DNA of 64,000 nucleotides from a virus, in IMG/VR virus record IMGVR_UViG_3300031576_000030, positions 10,969 through 74,968 of that record. The stretch is one strand, 5' to 3'. The notes below the pieces were generated by a model. That model saw nothing but the letters and a program-made list of their open reading frames with translations. It was not told the origin of the DNA and did not search any database. Made by a program: the position numbers and the translations under genes. This document shows positions 27,865-37,466 of the stretch, in pieces; within the stretch, counting starts at the first letter, position 1; the number at the start of each line of letters is the position of its first letter.

Positions 27865-28062
27865 CACTGTTCGCCTGAATTGCAGTCAGATTGCCCAACG
27901 ATGTGAGTTCCCCCAATGTCGTTGGAATAATGCCTGAAATGCGCGGGGACACCTACCGACGCTTGGCCGATGGCCGCACTTTCCCAGTGCGGCCAATGTG
28001 GGGGGGTCCGCCGCCTGCAGTGACCGGCGGACCCCGTAGGTGAGCGGTGGTGATCGGCCTTG

Positions 28063-28311
28063 CTAACCGCCCCCGTAGGTGTGTCGGTGAGCCACTTGCG
28101 CGGCGAGCCGTTGCAGCACATGGTCGAGAATGTCAGGCTGGTCGGTGTCGCCGTTGTCAGCAGCAGTGGGCATGGCCGGCGCGTTTTCGCGGTGCTTGGC
28201 CTCACGCCGAGCGATTTTGGCTTGCATCGCCGCCAGTTTAGCAGCAGCCGCTTGACGTGCTTCTGCCGTTTCAACAACGGCCAAAGTGAGCACGTGCTTG
28301 CTAATTTTCAT
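28063..28311 (-). CDS. Hypothetical protein
   Basis: GGAGAGAG purine tract upstream; Ala/Lys-rich. Confidence 0.5.
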   Translation of the reverse strand: MKISKHVLTLAVVETAEARQAAAAKLAAMQAKIARREAKHRENAPAMPTAADNGDTDQPDILDHVLQRLAAQVAHRHTYGGG

Positions 28312-28383
28312 TGTCGTCTCTCTCTCCCCAAAAGGTAGTGGCGGCCCGTCACCTCGACGGGCCGCCGAACTGGTGTCGCTGTG

Positions 28384-28890
28384 CTACTTGCTTCTAGGTT
28401 TTCGGTTAGTGCTGGTAGACACCGCAGGCTCAGGCAGTTTTCCGGGCACCGCGTCGCCTGGGATAAAATTAGCGCGTGACTTGTCGCTCGCGCCGAACTT
28501 GGCTTGACTGCCAGCAGCAGCGACGCGCGCAGCGACGCGAGTGTTCAACGCGGCCAAAACTTTGGCGATGGTGTCCTCGTCGATGTTAGCAGCAGTCAAT
28601 TGCTTCTCGACACCGACATTGCGCGAGGCTAACTTCGCGGCATCGGCCTCGTCTTTCTCCGCCCTCCACTTCAAGACTGCCGTTTTGAACTCGGCCAACA
28701 CTGTGGGTGTGTTGCGAGTCGCAATCAATGTCAAAGACGCCGAATAGTTGAACGACAATCCGGCGACGTTGATTTTTCCGCCAAGACTCAGGCCGCCGTT
28801 TTTATTCGGCGCGATCCACAAGCCCTGCGGTAAGATCGACTTGCCAAACAGAAACAACACAATCGCTCCAACAACATCGTTAATGTTCAT
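28384..28890 (-). CDS. Hypothetical protein
   Basis: AGGAGG RBS before MNINDVV. Confidence 0.65.
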   Translation of the reverse strand: MNINDVVGAIVLFLFGKSILPQGLWIAPNKNGGLSLGGKINVAGLSFNYSASLTLIATRNTPTVLAEFKTAVLKWRAEKDEADAAKLASRNVGVEKQLTAANIDEDTIAKVLAALNTRVAARVAAAGSQAKFGASDKSRANFIPGDAVPGKLPEPAVSTSTNRKPRSK

Positions 28891-29400
28891 TGTCCTAACC
28901 CTCCTGGCCGTGAGAGGCCGATAAAGCGGCATCCGCCGCGCGTGCAAGAACGGCCATAGTCTAACCGAGTTCGGCTCAGCCTCCGCTAAACTTTCGCTAA
29001 ACATTTCAACGAAATTCCTAAACATTCTGCTCATTTTTCTAAGCAAACGTTAAGGAATTTCCGAGCCGAATTTAGCGATAATTTAGGCGAACGCAGGCCG
29101 ATTCGTGGTAGATTCGCGCGTGCTGGACGACAAGCCGCGCTGCGCGAATTAGCCGTAGTACGAATCACTGGTGGTAGTCGTCCAGCGTACTATCCTATAG
29201 CGGTAACGGGCAACGGGGGGCTATTGGGCGGTGGTAGGCAGATGAGGTCTATCAACATTATGTCTACCAGAGTAGGGTAACAGAATGAGTGAGGAAGGCA
29301 GGGAGGTAAGATATAGGGGCGGGGGAATTGAGGCATTGCATTGCTCCGGATCATACTCCTCAAATGACATGTTGACACTTCCTATTGACAGGGAACGCGC

Positions 29401-29718
29401 GTGAGTAAGGGCATTACCACGCCACTGTATGCCATCCTGCCAGCGCTACCGGGGCGCTGGACGATAGTATACCAGCCGATCAAGGATGAGAATAGTCAGA
29501 CAACCGGATCGGTTACTGGCTACGGGGGTGAGGTAGAACTACGTGAGAGACTATCGGGCCTCGGCGTGACTATCCCCATTGTAGACTTCACCGATTGCAA
29601 CATGTTGAAAGTCTGGAAATATCCCATATCAGCCATGCCAAATTACAGTTTCGATCCAGACGCATTGAGTCGTTTCCTGGACTATGCCGCACAGTGCGGG
29701 GCGCGTGTAACACTATGA
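29401..29718 (+). CDS. Hypothetical protein
   Basis: First ORF of the plus-strand small-gene run. Confidence 0.5.
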   Translation: MSKGITTPLYAILPALPGRWTIVYQPIKDENSQTTGSVTGYGGEVELRERLSGLGVTIPIVDFTDCNMLKVWKYPISAMPNYSFDPDALSRFLDYAAQCGARVTL

Positions 29719-29782
29719 TGACCCCATGCCGCGCCGTCAATATCCCAGAAATTATCTTCGTGAGGACACTAGGAGGCCACCA

Positions 29783-30130
29783 ATGAATAAGAAAGCGGAG
29801 GTAGAACAATTCCTGCACGTACTGCACACCATATTCGACGGCGTATTCACGCATGGGAGTCACTCCTATTTCTGGCACGGGGGTTGCGTGAACGAGGTAC
29901 TCAACTACTCTCTTGGTATGGGGATGTCTGACCAGACGGATAGAGTCCCCGATCTCAGGCTATTCAACGATAGTCCGTGGACGAATGACCAGGCGCGTAC
30001 GGATGCTATATTGCCGCTGATTATTTCCCTATGGGACTGGGCAGAGTGGGGCGACGAGCGGCGTATGTGGTGGACTCGCCGCGTATGCTATATCGAACGC
30101 GGCGCGCGCTGTACTCGACGTCACTGGTAA
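29783..30130 (+). CDS. Hypothetical protein
   Basis: AGGAGG RBS. Confidence 0.6.
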   Translation: MNKKAEVEQFLHVLHTIFDGVFTHGSHSYFWHGGCVNEVLNYSLGMGMSDQTDRVPDLRLFNDSPWTNDQARTDAILPLIISLWDWAEWGDERRMWWTRRVCYIERGARCTRRHW

Positions 30131-30157
30131 GGGTGACGGTGGGATCGTATATCTAGC

Positions 30158-30601
30158 GTGCACTGCTTGGACAGAGGAGGCGTGCAAGTGCCCACTCCCG
30201 ATGACATTGACAACGAGTTAGTCGCAAGGCTGGTGTCCAGCCTACGGCAGTGCGAAGCCGATGGCTGGCAGGCCGACATGGGGAATTACGGCTTCATCGT
30301 GGGATACAACCGCGCCATTACTCCCACAGGCGGCAAGTGTTGTTTCTTGGGAGCCGAGATGTTGAAGTCTCACAGAGGCTACCAGTCGCCCACCTGGGAC
30401 AAATCTGACGCTATCTGTAGCGCACTGGGGCTGAGTAACAATTTTGTGATCGGATTCAATCGCGCTGTGGTGACACTACAATTGTCTCTCTACGAGGAAC
30501 ATTTATTCCCCCACCCGGATACAGAGATTCAGCGCGGCCAAGCACACGGCATCGCGGCCTATTGGATGTGGAAGGGAGGCTCGGATGAGCAAACTGTTTG
30601 A
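30158..30601 (+). CDS. Hypothetical protein
   Basis: ORF with GAGGAGG near its start (true start may be 30188). Confidence 0.6.
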   Translation: MHCLDRGGVQVPTPDDIDNELVARLVSSLRQCEADGWQADMGNYGFIVGYNRAITPTGGKCCFLGAEMLKSHRGYQSPTWDKSDAICSALGLSNNFVIGFNRAVVTLQLSLYEEHLFPHPDTEIQRGQAHGIAAYWMWKGGSDEQTV

Positions 30602-31073
30602 GTTCAAGTGGACAACCTCACGGGCGAAGGATACCTACGGCTATAACGTCTGCAGCCTATGGGTGGATGGGCGGAAGGTCTCCTCATGCAGTGGGGGCGG
30701 CTATGACATGCAGGGTACCTGCCTGGCCGATTACATTGCCGCCCAATACGCCAACCGCCTTCTGGATAATAATGAAGAATTCTATGGACTGTCCTACGAG
30801 GATCCGACTTTCGATCCGGGGAAGGCCGTGCTACCCGATGGGCGCACCCTCGAGGAGCAGGAGGCATCAGGCATGAGCCTGTGGCTTTTGCGCTGCCAAG
30901 CATGGGACCAAGCCACCAGCCGGAAACCGACAGAGCGGCACACTGTCCCGATCATCGACGGCGGATGTGGATTCAGCGCAGTCGAGCGTATCATAGGTGC
31001 TATTGGGTTGCGGCTACAGCACATCAAGCGTGGCCTCTACCTTCTGGAGGATACTCAACAGGAGGCGAAATGA
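30585..31073 (+). CDS. Hypothetical protein
   Basis: GGAGG RBS; GGGYDMQGT motif. Confidence 0.7.
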   Translation: MSKLFEFKWTTSRAKDTYGYNVCSLWVDGRKVSSCSGGGYDMQGTCLADYIAAQYANRLLDNNEEFYGLSYEDPTFDPGKAVLPDGRTLEEQEASGMSLWLLRCQAWDQATSRKPTERHTVPIIDGGCGFSAVERIIGAIGLRLQHIKRGLYLLEDTQQEAK

Positions 31074-31453
31074 AGATTCCCAAGACGATAGAGATCACAT
31101 TGAAGCACGTTGAGCGTGGTGTTCGCGGAAGTTCTTTATCCTGCCCCGTGGCGCTGGCCCTGGCCGACGCCTTTCCGGGATGCCGAACCGTTGAAGCCTT
31201 CCAGGGCTGGGGATACGTCCAAGTGGAAGGAATTGAGATCCGATTAGGCTGGTCGAGGCGTCTCACTGATTTCATCCTTCGTTATGATGATCTTGGGACT
31301 CCCATCACTATCGGGAAGAAGCATCGCCTAACGCTATTAGACGTTTCCCGCGCGGGGAGGATCTCTCTCCGCAGGGGATGGATGAGGCCGGCGCGCACCT
31401 CGTTGCTTATCGAGTCACACAATTGCCGTAGAAGGGAGAAGGAGTCATGCTAA
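31070..31453 (+). CDS. Small CPVA-motif family protein (copy 1)
   Basis: IEITLKHVERGVRGSSLSCPVALAL. Confidence 0.7.
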   Translation: MKIPKTIEITLKHVERGVRGSSLSCPVALALADAFPGCRTVEAFQGWGYVQVEGIEIRLGWSRRLTDFILRYDDLGTPITIGKKHRLTLLDVSRAGRISLRRGWMRPARTSLLIESHNCRRREKESC

Positions 31454-31968
31454 CCATTTACACGCCGCATACTATCAGGCTGGAAAACGGCAAGTATATA
31501 TTCAGGGACATTACCCCTGGCGAGTTTCGCCGTTGGGAGGGCATGGCAATTTTCGACGTGGCGGAGTCTGGACACAACGTCCGTGCCAGCCGATGTGTGG
31601 ACATATCAGCGGTGAGTTTTCCAACGCTCGGTCGGCGCATCCGGCACAGTGCGCATCTGAACTTCAACGCATTCAGCGATACCTCCATCACCTTCGATGA
31701 GTCTCTTGCAGGCGGACTGAGTTATCTCGGCTATGAACAGATAAGCCGCGTTCCATCCAACCTAGCACCCTATGTCCGTCTGGCACGCGATAATCCTGAG
31801 ATCGAACTGTCCGTGACGACCTCCCAGGACTACGAGCCTGCCATGCACACGACGTATAACATCTACAAACGTATCGATCATGTTGTCATACATAAGTACG
31901 ACCGGGGCCGAGAGAGAACCTGGATCACCCAGGATTACCGGACCCGGCATCTGGTCGATGTTGACTGA
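31447..31968 (+). CDS. Hypothetical protein
   Basis: AAGGAG RBS. Confidence 0.65.
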   Translation: MLTIYTPHTIRLENGKYIFRDITPGEFRRWEGMAIFDVAESGHNVRASRCVDISAVSFPTLGRRIRHSAHLNFNAFSDTSITFDESLAGGLSYLGYEQISRVPSNLAPYVRLARDNPEIELSVTTSQDYEPAMHTTYNIYKRIDHVVIHKYDRGRERTWITQDYRTRHLVDVD

Positions 31969-32003
31969 CACGAAAGATTAGCCATGAGGGAAAGGAGAGA
32001 GAC

Positions 32004-32705
32004 ATGGACAATCCCTACGATGAGAAGCAAGTGAAACGCTATGGACTCGACTTCACCGTATCTTGGTGCTACGACGAACTGTCCAGCATCGACGACACGT
32101 TGGGCCAGTACAGCCAGGTGGCGCGATTCGGGGCCATTGACTGCGAGACTGGTTACGTACTGGGCAAGGTTGAGGATGCGCCGGAACAGGGGGAAGATGA
32201 CTCGGACGAGTCGTTTGAGAAGGCCAAGTCGGAGTACAAAAGCAATCACGATGATGACACTGGACGGTTTATCTTGGGACTGTCACCAATCTACCGGAGG
32301 GAGAGGGACTCGTTGCGTTACTTCCACCCCATCAATCCGGTACAGCCAGGCAGTCTATCCGAACTGACCTATGCCATTCAGGATCATCGGAGGGCCGAGA
32401 ATTGGGGGACGGAGTGGCAGTACGTGGGGTGTGGTGTGTCTATCCAGGGCCTCGAAGAACACACTGAGAGCCTTTGGGGAATCGAGAGCGACATGGGCGA
32501 CAAGTACAAGAATGAAGTGGAAGAGGAGTTGATCGAAGGACTGTATAAGTCTATCCCCACCATCATCGCGGACGTTCGCCGCAAGGCGCGCCAACAGGTG
32601 AAGTTGCTTCAATCTGCTACTGACGTGAAGGGAGGTGAACAGAAAAAACTCTCACCGCGCGTTAATCGCCGCGCGCGCAAAAATCGCGTAGAATCAGCGG
32701 CGTAA
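32004..32705 (+). CDS. Hypothetical acidic protein
   Basis: AAGGAG RBS; ESLWGIESD motif. Confidence 0.7.
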   Translation: MDNPYDEKQVKRYGLDFTVSWCYDELSSIDDTLGQYSQVARFGAIDCETGYVLGKVEDAPEQGEDDSDESFEKAKSEYKSNHDDDTGRFILGLSPIYRRERDSLRYFHPINPVQPGSLSELTYAIQDHRRAENWGTEWQYVGCGVSIQGLEEHTESLWGIESDMGDKYKNEVEEELIEGLYKSIPTIIADVRRKARQQVKLLQSATDVKGGEQKKLSPRVNRRARKNRVESAA

Positions 32706-32729
32706 AACTTTTTTCCCCAGGAGGCGAAT

Positions 32730-33770
32730 ATGACCACTCAACTGTACGATCTGCTGGATCGAAGCCAGCAGCACGACATTCAGAAACACGACTGGAAGGC
32801 GCTGCCGCAAGAGTTGGCCCTCGACGCGGACGCACGACTCAACGTCCCCTCGCCCTATGGCCTGGGGCCCGCACCGATGGCCCTGTCCGACCTGGCCCTG
32901 TCTCACCTGTGCGCCAAGTTGGGGCCGGCAGTATTCGGCAAGGGCTCGGATAAGACCCTGCCGAGAAATTACTTGGCGGCAGTAGATCCAGCGCTGCGCG
33001 CCACCAACCTCAATACCGCCCTGCGCCGCGCCTCCAACGGAAATTGGACGGTGCGCGGCTATGGCGACACCTGCCGCGCGGTGCTGGCCGGGGACTATCC
33101 CGACATCCGCAACACCGAGTTGATCCAGGCCCTGGCCGATGTGGTGGATCGGGAGAGCCTGCCGGAGTTCCAGGTGTGTTATCGGTCGACGGTCGACGCC
33201 GACCATCTCAACCTACGGGCTGTGTTCAAGAATGTGGATCCCGAACGCGGCTATGGAGCGGGAATCTACCTGGGCAACTCCGAGGTGGGCCAGGGCAAGG
33301 TCAAGGTGTTCGGCATGATCTGGCGTGACGGCTGCACCAACGCCGCGATCATCGACGATGAGAACGGCCTGGCGATGATTCACATGGGTAGCCGCGCGGC
33401 GATGATGGTGCAGGTATTGGGGGCCATCGGGCGCATCCTGCCAGTGGCGGCGGAGTACGTGGACAAACTCATCCTGGCCGAGGGCCAGGCCATGCCCAGC
33501 ATCTCGGATGTGATCGGCGGGTTGGCCGTCAAGCACAAATGGACGGATGACTTCAAGATGCATGTTCTCCTGGGCACCGAGGGCCAGGAAACACTGGCAG
33601 GACTGGTGAACGGCGTCACCTTTGCCGCCCACACTGCTATCCAGGGCGATGAGAGTGCTACTACCGAGTGGGAGATATTCGGCGGTCGTCTGCTGGTTGC
33701 CCCGGACAGCCTCTTTGCCGAGGCCGCTCGTCTGTCGCGGCGTATTCGGGCAGGCTTGGAAGCGGAGTAG
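32730..33770 (+). CDS. DUF932-like phage protein
   Basis: RAVLAGDY..IRN, GIYLGNSEVG, CTNAAI, GLVNGVTFAAH. Confidence 0.65.
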   Translation: MTTQLYDLLDRSQQHDIQKHDWKALPQELALDADARLNVPSPYGLGPAPMALSDLALSHLCAKLGPAVFGKGSDKTLPRNYLAAVDPALRATNLNTALRRASNGNWTVRGYGDTCRAVLAGDYPDIRNTELIQALADVVDRESLPEFQVCYRSTVDADHLNLRAVFKNVDPERGYGAGIYLGNSEVGQGKVKVFGMIWRDGCTNAAIIDDENGLAMIHMGSRAAMMVQVLGAIGRILPVAAEYVDKLILAEGQAMPSISDVIGGLAVKHKWTDDFKMHVLLGTEGQETLAGLVNGVTFAAHTAIQGDESATTEWEIFGGRLLVAPDSLFAEAARLSRRIRAGLEAE

Positions 33771-33818
33771 TCTGTGAGTTATAGGCCCGGCAGGGGGGCC
33801 GGGCCAGGAGACTATCCT

Positions 33819-34103
33819 ATGAAGAAATTACCCAAGACTATCACGATCTACATTACGACCTCTCGAGTCCGGCGCGGCATCCGCAAAATCAGTGCGGAGT
33901 GTCCGGTCGCCGTGGCCGTTCGGGATGCTCTGAGTCGACCTGGCCTGGGTGTTTATGTAGTCCCTGGTGGCACTAGGATACACCCAGGCCCTCGGGAGTG
34001 GCCCGTAGACTTCACCCACAGCCGTGTTCTCTGTAGACGCATCAACCATTACGACGCTACCGGGATCTTCCACAGCGGACGATTCATCCTGCGCAGGATA
34101 TAG
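33819..34103 (+). CDS. Small CPVA-motif family protein (copy 2)
   Basis: IYITTSRVRRGIRKISAECPVAVAV; AGGAG RBS. Confidence 0.7.
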   Translation: MKKLPKTITIYITTSRVRRGIRKISAECPVAVAVRDALSRPGLGVYVVPGGTRIHPGPREWPVDFTHSRVLCRRINHYDATGIFHSGRFILRRI

Positions 34104-34105
34104 AC

Positions 34106-34351
34106 ATGATCATAATCACTCCCATGAATATATGGCAACAGGCACAGGCCGAGGCATTTGAGATCCTGGACGAGACGACGATCCGTGACTTCGCCCGGCG
34201 GTGGGATGAGCCGTGGGCCGAGTTCCACGGTTTGCTATTCTGGCGCGCCGTCCACCTCAGCCGAGTCAATTGCAGGGCCATCTCGGTTGAGAAGCAAACT
34301 CAGAGTTTCATGTGGCTGCGCGAACACGGCTACGATGTGAGGGTAGAGTAA
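34106..34351 (+). CDS. Hypothetical protein
   Basis: Coupled ORF. Confidence 0.55.
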   Translation: MIIITPMNIWQQAQAEAFEILDETTIRDFARRWDEPWAEFHGLLFWRAVHLSRVNCRAISVEKQTQSFMWLREHGYDVRVE

Positions 34352-34911
34352 TGTACCTCGATGAATCCTACCTGATCTGGAAGTGTGCCAACGAAAGCGG
34401 CGCGCGTCCCCTATTGGGACATGTCCTCATCAAACGCACCAACGTAGACTCTGGCATGGCTGTCGCCTCGGACGGATTCATCTTGGCAGTAGTCCCGGTC
34501 ACACTTGACGAGAGCGACCGGGTAGGTCTCGTGTCGGCCAAGTATCTCCGGGAGTCCCTCAAAGCGGCTAAGGGGACTCCGATCAGCCTAAACGACACAA
34601 ATGTAGGCAACTCCAAGGGACTGTTCCCTCGCTACGAGTGGGACATAGACGGCAACTCGGAGTACCCGGAATATCAAAATATTATCCCCAAGCCGCCCAT
34701 GGGGTCGACGGTGAATGTGTTAGGCATCAATCTGAAACTACTGACAAGGGTTACACAGGCTATCGGGTCGCCAAAACCCATCATCCTGACACTCTGCGGT
34801 GGCAACGTCTCACTGCTCTTGGTTGAGCACCATCTTCGCGAGAATGGGGTGCCGGTGCCGCCCTTTGGACTGGTAATGCCCATGCACATCGACCCAGGAT
34901 GGCAACCGTGA
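34351..34911 (+). CDS. Beta sliding clamp-like protein (short)
   Basis: RPLLGHV...AVASDGFILAV (cf. RPILTGV...ATDGHRL), EYPEYQNIIP, GLVMPM C-terminus. Confidence 0.65.
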   Translation: MYLDESYLIWKCANESGARPLLGHVLIKRTNVDSGMAVASDGFILAVVPVTLDESDRVGLVSAKYLRESLKAAKGTPISLNDTNVGNSKGLFPRYEWDIDGNSEYPEYQNIIPKPPMGSTVNVLGINLKLLTRVTQAIGSPKPIILTLCGGNVSLLLVEHHLRENGVPVPPFGLVMPMHIDPGWQP

Positions 34912-35339
34912 TTTGTCCTCAGTGCCGTCAAGAACTAAACCGCTGGCGAGACTGCCCGCGTTGCGGCTCGATGCGGGAATTGGCCGACTATTACCGGCGG
35001 GAACTGATCCGGTTGTGGGTCCTCGCCCTCTATCGGCCTCCAGAGAAGTGGGAGTGGCTGATACGCGCTGTGGAATCGATCCTCGCCCATCGAGTCGTCA
35101 TGGGCATCGATGCCGTTTTCGGCCAGATCGTGAGCGAGTTGGAGGCATTGGATTGGAGAGATGATCAAACTGACCCCCACACAATACGAGGACGTGTCGC
35201 GCCGAGTCCAGATCTGGACTCAGCGACGCAGCCGGGCCTGGTGGCTGGCGAGGCCGACCGGCTGGGGCAAGAGTTACACGGCGCTGACGGCGATAGAGGC
35301 GATGCGGCAGGGGAAGGGGCGGGTGCTGATCGTGGCTGA
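34899..35339 (+). CDS. Hypothetical protein with N-terminal zinc ribbon
   Basis: CPQC...CPRC; long overlap with the helicase makes the 3' end doubtful. Confidence 0.45.
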   Translation: MATVICPQCRQELNRWRDCPRCGSMRELADYYRRELIRLWVLALYRPPEKWEWLIRAVESILAHRVVMGIDAVFGQIVSELEALDWRDDQTDPHTIRGRVAPSPDLDSATQPGLVAGEADRLGQELHGADGDRGDAAGEGAGADRG

Positions 35340-35688
35340 GAAGTCGGCCATCCGCCAATGGGTGGGCTACTGCCGCGATCTGGGGCTGTCGCCGGTCGGG
35401 GTGGTGTCGGGTCACTCGGCCATCGTCGAGCAGCGGGTGGACGACCTGGCCCGCGTGCCCTCGGCCTACGTGATCACCAACTACGCCCGCCTCACCTTAC
35501 CCTGGCCGCCACTGTTCGCGGTCGTGTTCGACGAGATAGAGCGCTACCTGACCAACTGGCGCGCCGCCAAGCGCTACAAGGCGGCCCAGCGCTTGCAGGC
35601 GACTTACCGTGTGGGCCTGGGGGCAACGCCGCTGTTGAGGCATCCCGACCGCTTGTGGCCCATCCTGAGATTGCTAGAACCGGAGTAG
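35161..35688 (+). CDS. SF2 (SNF2-like) helicase, N-terminal half
   Basis: LTPTQ, PTGWGKS, VVFDEIE, GLGATP. Confidence 0.8.
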   Translation: MIKLTPTQYEDVSRRVQIWTQRRSRAWWLARPTGWGKSYTALTAIEAMRQGKGRVLIVAEKSAIRQWVGYCRDLGLSPVGVVSGHSAIVEQRVDDLARVPSAYVITNYARLTLPWPPLFAVVFDEIERYLTNWRAAKRYKAAQRLQATYRVGLGATPLLRHPDRLWPILRLLEPE

Positions 35689-35699
35689 AGGAGGCAGAT

Positions 35700-36014
35700 A
35701 TGGACCCATTTGCGAACTTATATCTGGGAAATTACCACGGTAGCGTGAATGATCCGGAATACTTCCCGCCCGAGGTGTTTGAACACGGCGTATGGAGACC
35801 AGTGGCCCACTTCTCCGCAGGGGAGGATGGTAGTGATGTGGAGATTCTTGAGATGCGGATGCCCTCACCCTTCTTCCGAGTGAGGATATGGGGCGACCAC
35901 CCCTTGAGTCCGGCCTGGCAACTGGACACAGGCTCCAGCATGGGGGCGCTGGCCTTCGCCATCGCACGAGCGATAGCGAGTGGCACCCTCACCCTGGAGG
36001 TGAACAATGGATAA
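35700..36014 (+). CDS. Hypothetical protein between the helicase halves
   Basis: GAGGAGG RBS. Confidence 0.65.
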   Translation: MDPFANLYLGNYHGSVNDPEYFPPEVFEHGVWRPVAHFSAGEDGSDVEILEMRMPSPFFRVRIWGDHPLSPAWQLDTGSSMGALAFAIARAIASGTLTLEVNNG

Positions 36015-36267
36015 GGTCATCTATGTGTCCATTCTTGACCGGCACATCCAGGCTGGGGTGAGGAAGTCCGAAACCCTATGCCCTGTGGCCCTGTGCCTGC
36101 GCGAGAAATACCCTGGGCACTCTATAGTCGTCGAACAGACTGTTACCACGATAGAAGACGATGTGTTTCTGATGAGTGACAGGCTGATCGATCAAGTGTC
36201 TTTATTCGACGAGGGCGGGGTGTTCCGCCCCGGTCGGTATCGGCTGACGATAGAGCCAAGAGAATAG
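36007..36267 (+). CDS. Small CPVA-motif family protein (copy 3)
   Basis: VSILDRHIQAGVRKSETLCPVALCL; GGAGG RBS. Confidence 0.7.
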   Translation: MDKVIYVSILDRHIQAGVRKSETLCPVALCLREKYPGHSIVVEQTVTTIEDDVFLMSDRLIDQVSLFDEGGVFRPGRYRLTIEPRE

Positions 36268-36276
36268 GAGGAATCT

Positions 36277-36525
36277 ATGGATTTCATTTACATAGAGATC
36301 AACCGCTCCCATGAAAGGCGAGGGATGAGAAGTGATCCACACCGCTGCGCAGTAAACCTGGCAATCCGCGACAGGTTTCCGGGTTCCATGGTGATCGTGG
36401 GCAGGAGGCGTTGCACCGTGGATGGCAAGATATGGATCTTTAGACAGAGTCTATGTGATCAAGTGTACTCGTTCGACAAGACAGGAACAGTCCAACTTGG
36501 TCGTTACGAGATGGTGAGCGGATGA
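36277..36525 (+). CDS. Small CPVA-motif family protein (copy 4)
   Basis: IEINRSHERRGMRSDPHRCAVNLAI; AGGAGG RBS. Confidence 0.7.
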   Translation: MDFIYIEINRSHERRGMRSDPHRCAVNLAIRDRFPGSMVIVGRRRCTVDGKIWIFRQSLCDQVYSFDKTGTVQLGRYEMVSG

Positions 36526-37466
36526 CCTGGGGTACCTTCGCCGAGTTCACCGGACAACCGCGAATGGTGGACGGGAAGTGGTATCTGACCTCGCGCGGCT
36601 ACTGCGACTGGAAGCGAGGCAAAGGCGGCTGGTACGTGGACGGCGGGCGGAACCTTGCCGAACTCGGCAAAAGGCTGGAAACCCTGGTTTCCTATGGCGA
36701 CTCCACCCTGCCCGCCCCCAGAACCTACTGGCTGGCTCAAAAAATAGGGGGTAGGCAGGCCGAGGTGTACAAAGATGCCCTGGAAGACCTGATGCTGAAG
36801 ATTCACGCAGCCACGGGCCGCTGGACGCGACAGGCGGTGCAAAATGCGATGGTCTCGGTCGGCCTGGCGCGCGCATCCCTGGCGATGTCGCCCAAAGCCT
36901 TTCTCAAGGGAAAAATGCCGTACGGCTGGATCGATGAACTCGGCGCGAAGCAAAGGTGGTTTTTCGACGAGTTCTGGCCGAGGATCGGCCTCCAGGATCG
37001 AGTCGTCGTGTTCTCGGAGTGGACGCGCGCCACCGGCGAGATGACCGCCCGCTGCAAGGCCAGAGGAATATCGGTCGCCCACTTTCACGGCGGCCTGTCG
37101 CTGAAGCGGCGGGAGCAGGTCTTGGAAAACTGGGATCATGGGGAATACCGCGTGATGGTGTGCTCACCGTCTGGCTTCAATAGTGTAAATCTTCACAAGC
37201 CAGCGGGGGTATCCCAGAAAATTTTCTCCGTCATGCTGGACATTCCGCAGTGGTACAAACTGGTGCAGCGCGTGGGCCGGACGGCGCGGCACGGAATGCA
37301 GGGGACGCCGGTGGTGCTCATCCCCTACATTCCCAACAGCATCGAGACCGAGTGGGCCGCCTTCGCCTCACGCCGTATCCTGCCGGACTTCGAGGCGATA
37401 TTTGGTCCGAACACACCGGCCAGGAACCTATACCATGACAATCTCGATCAAGTTCGGCAACTGTAA
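36522..37466 (+). CDS. SF2 helicase, C-terminal half
   Basis: RVVVFSEW, FHGGLS, SVNL, QRVGRTARHG. Confidence 0.8.
   Translation: MTWGTFAEFTGQPRMVDGKWYLTSRGYCDWKRGKGGWYVDGGRNLAELGKRLETLVSYGDSTLPAPRTYWLAQKIGGRQAEVYKDALEDLMLKIHAATGRWTRQAVQNAMVSVGLARASLAMSPKAFLKGKMPYGWIDELGAKQRWFFDEFWPRIGLQDRVVVFSEWTRATGEMTARCKARGISVAHFHGGLSLKRREQVLENWDHGEYRVMVCSPSGFNSVNLHKPAGVSQKIFSVMLDIPQWYKLVQRVGRTARHGMQGTPVVLIPYIPNSIETEWAAFASRRILPDFEAIFGPNTPARNLYHDNLDQVRQL

Noticed and set aside
29365-29412. Sigma70 promoter from tandem TTGACA hexamers
   Set aside because: No acceptable -10 element at 16-18 bp from either copy.
35680-36530. Precise excision or self-splicing intron restoring the helicase
   Set aside because: Only a 4-bp CGGA match at the junctions, and recombination there would be out of frame; no group I/II intron features or recombinase seen.
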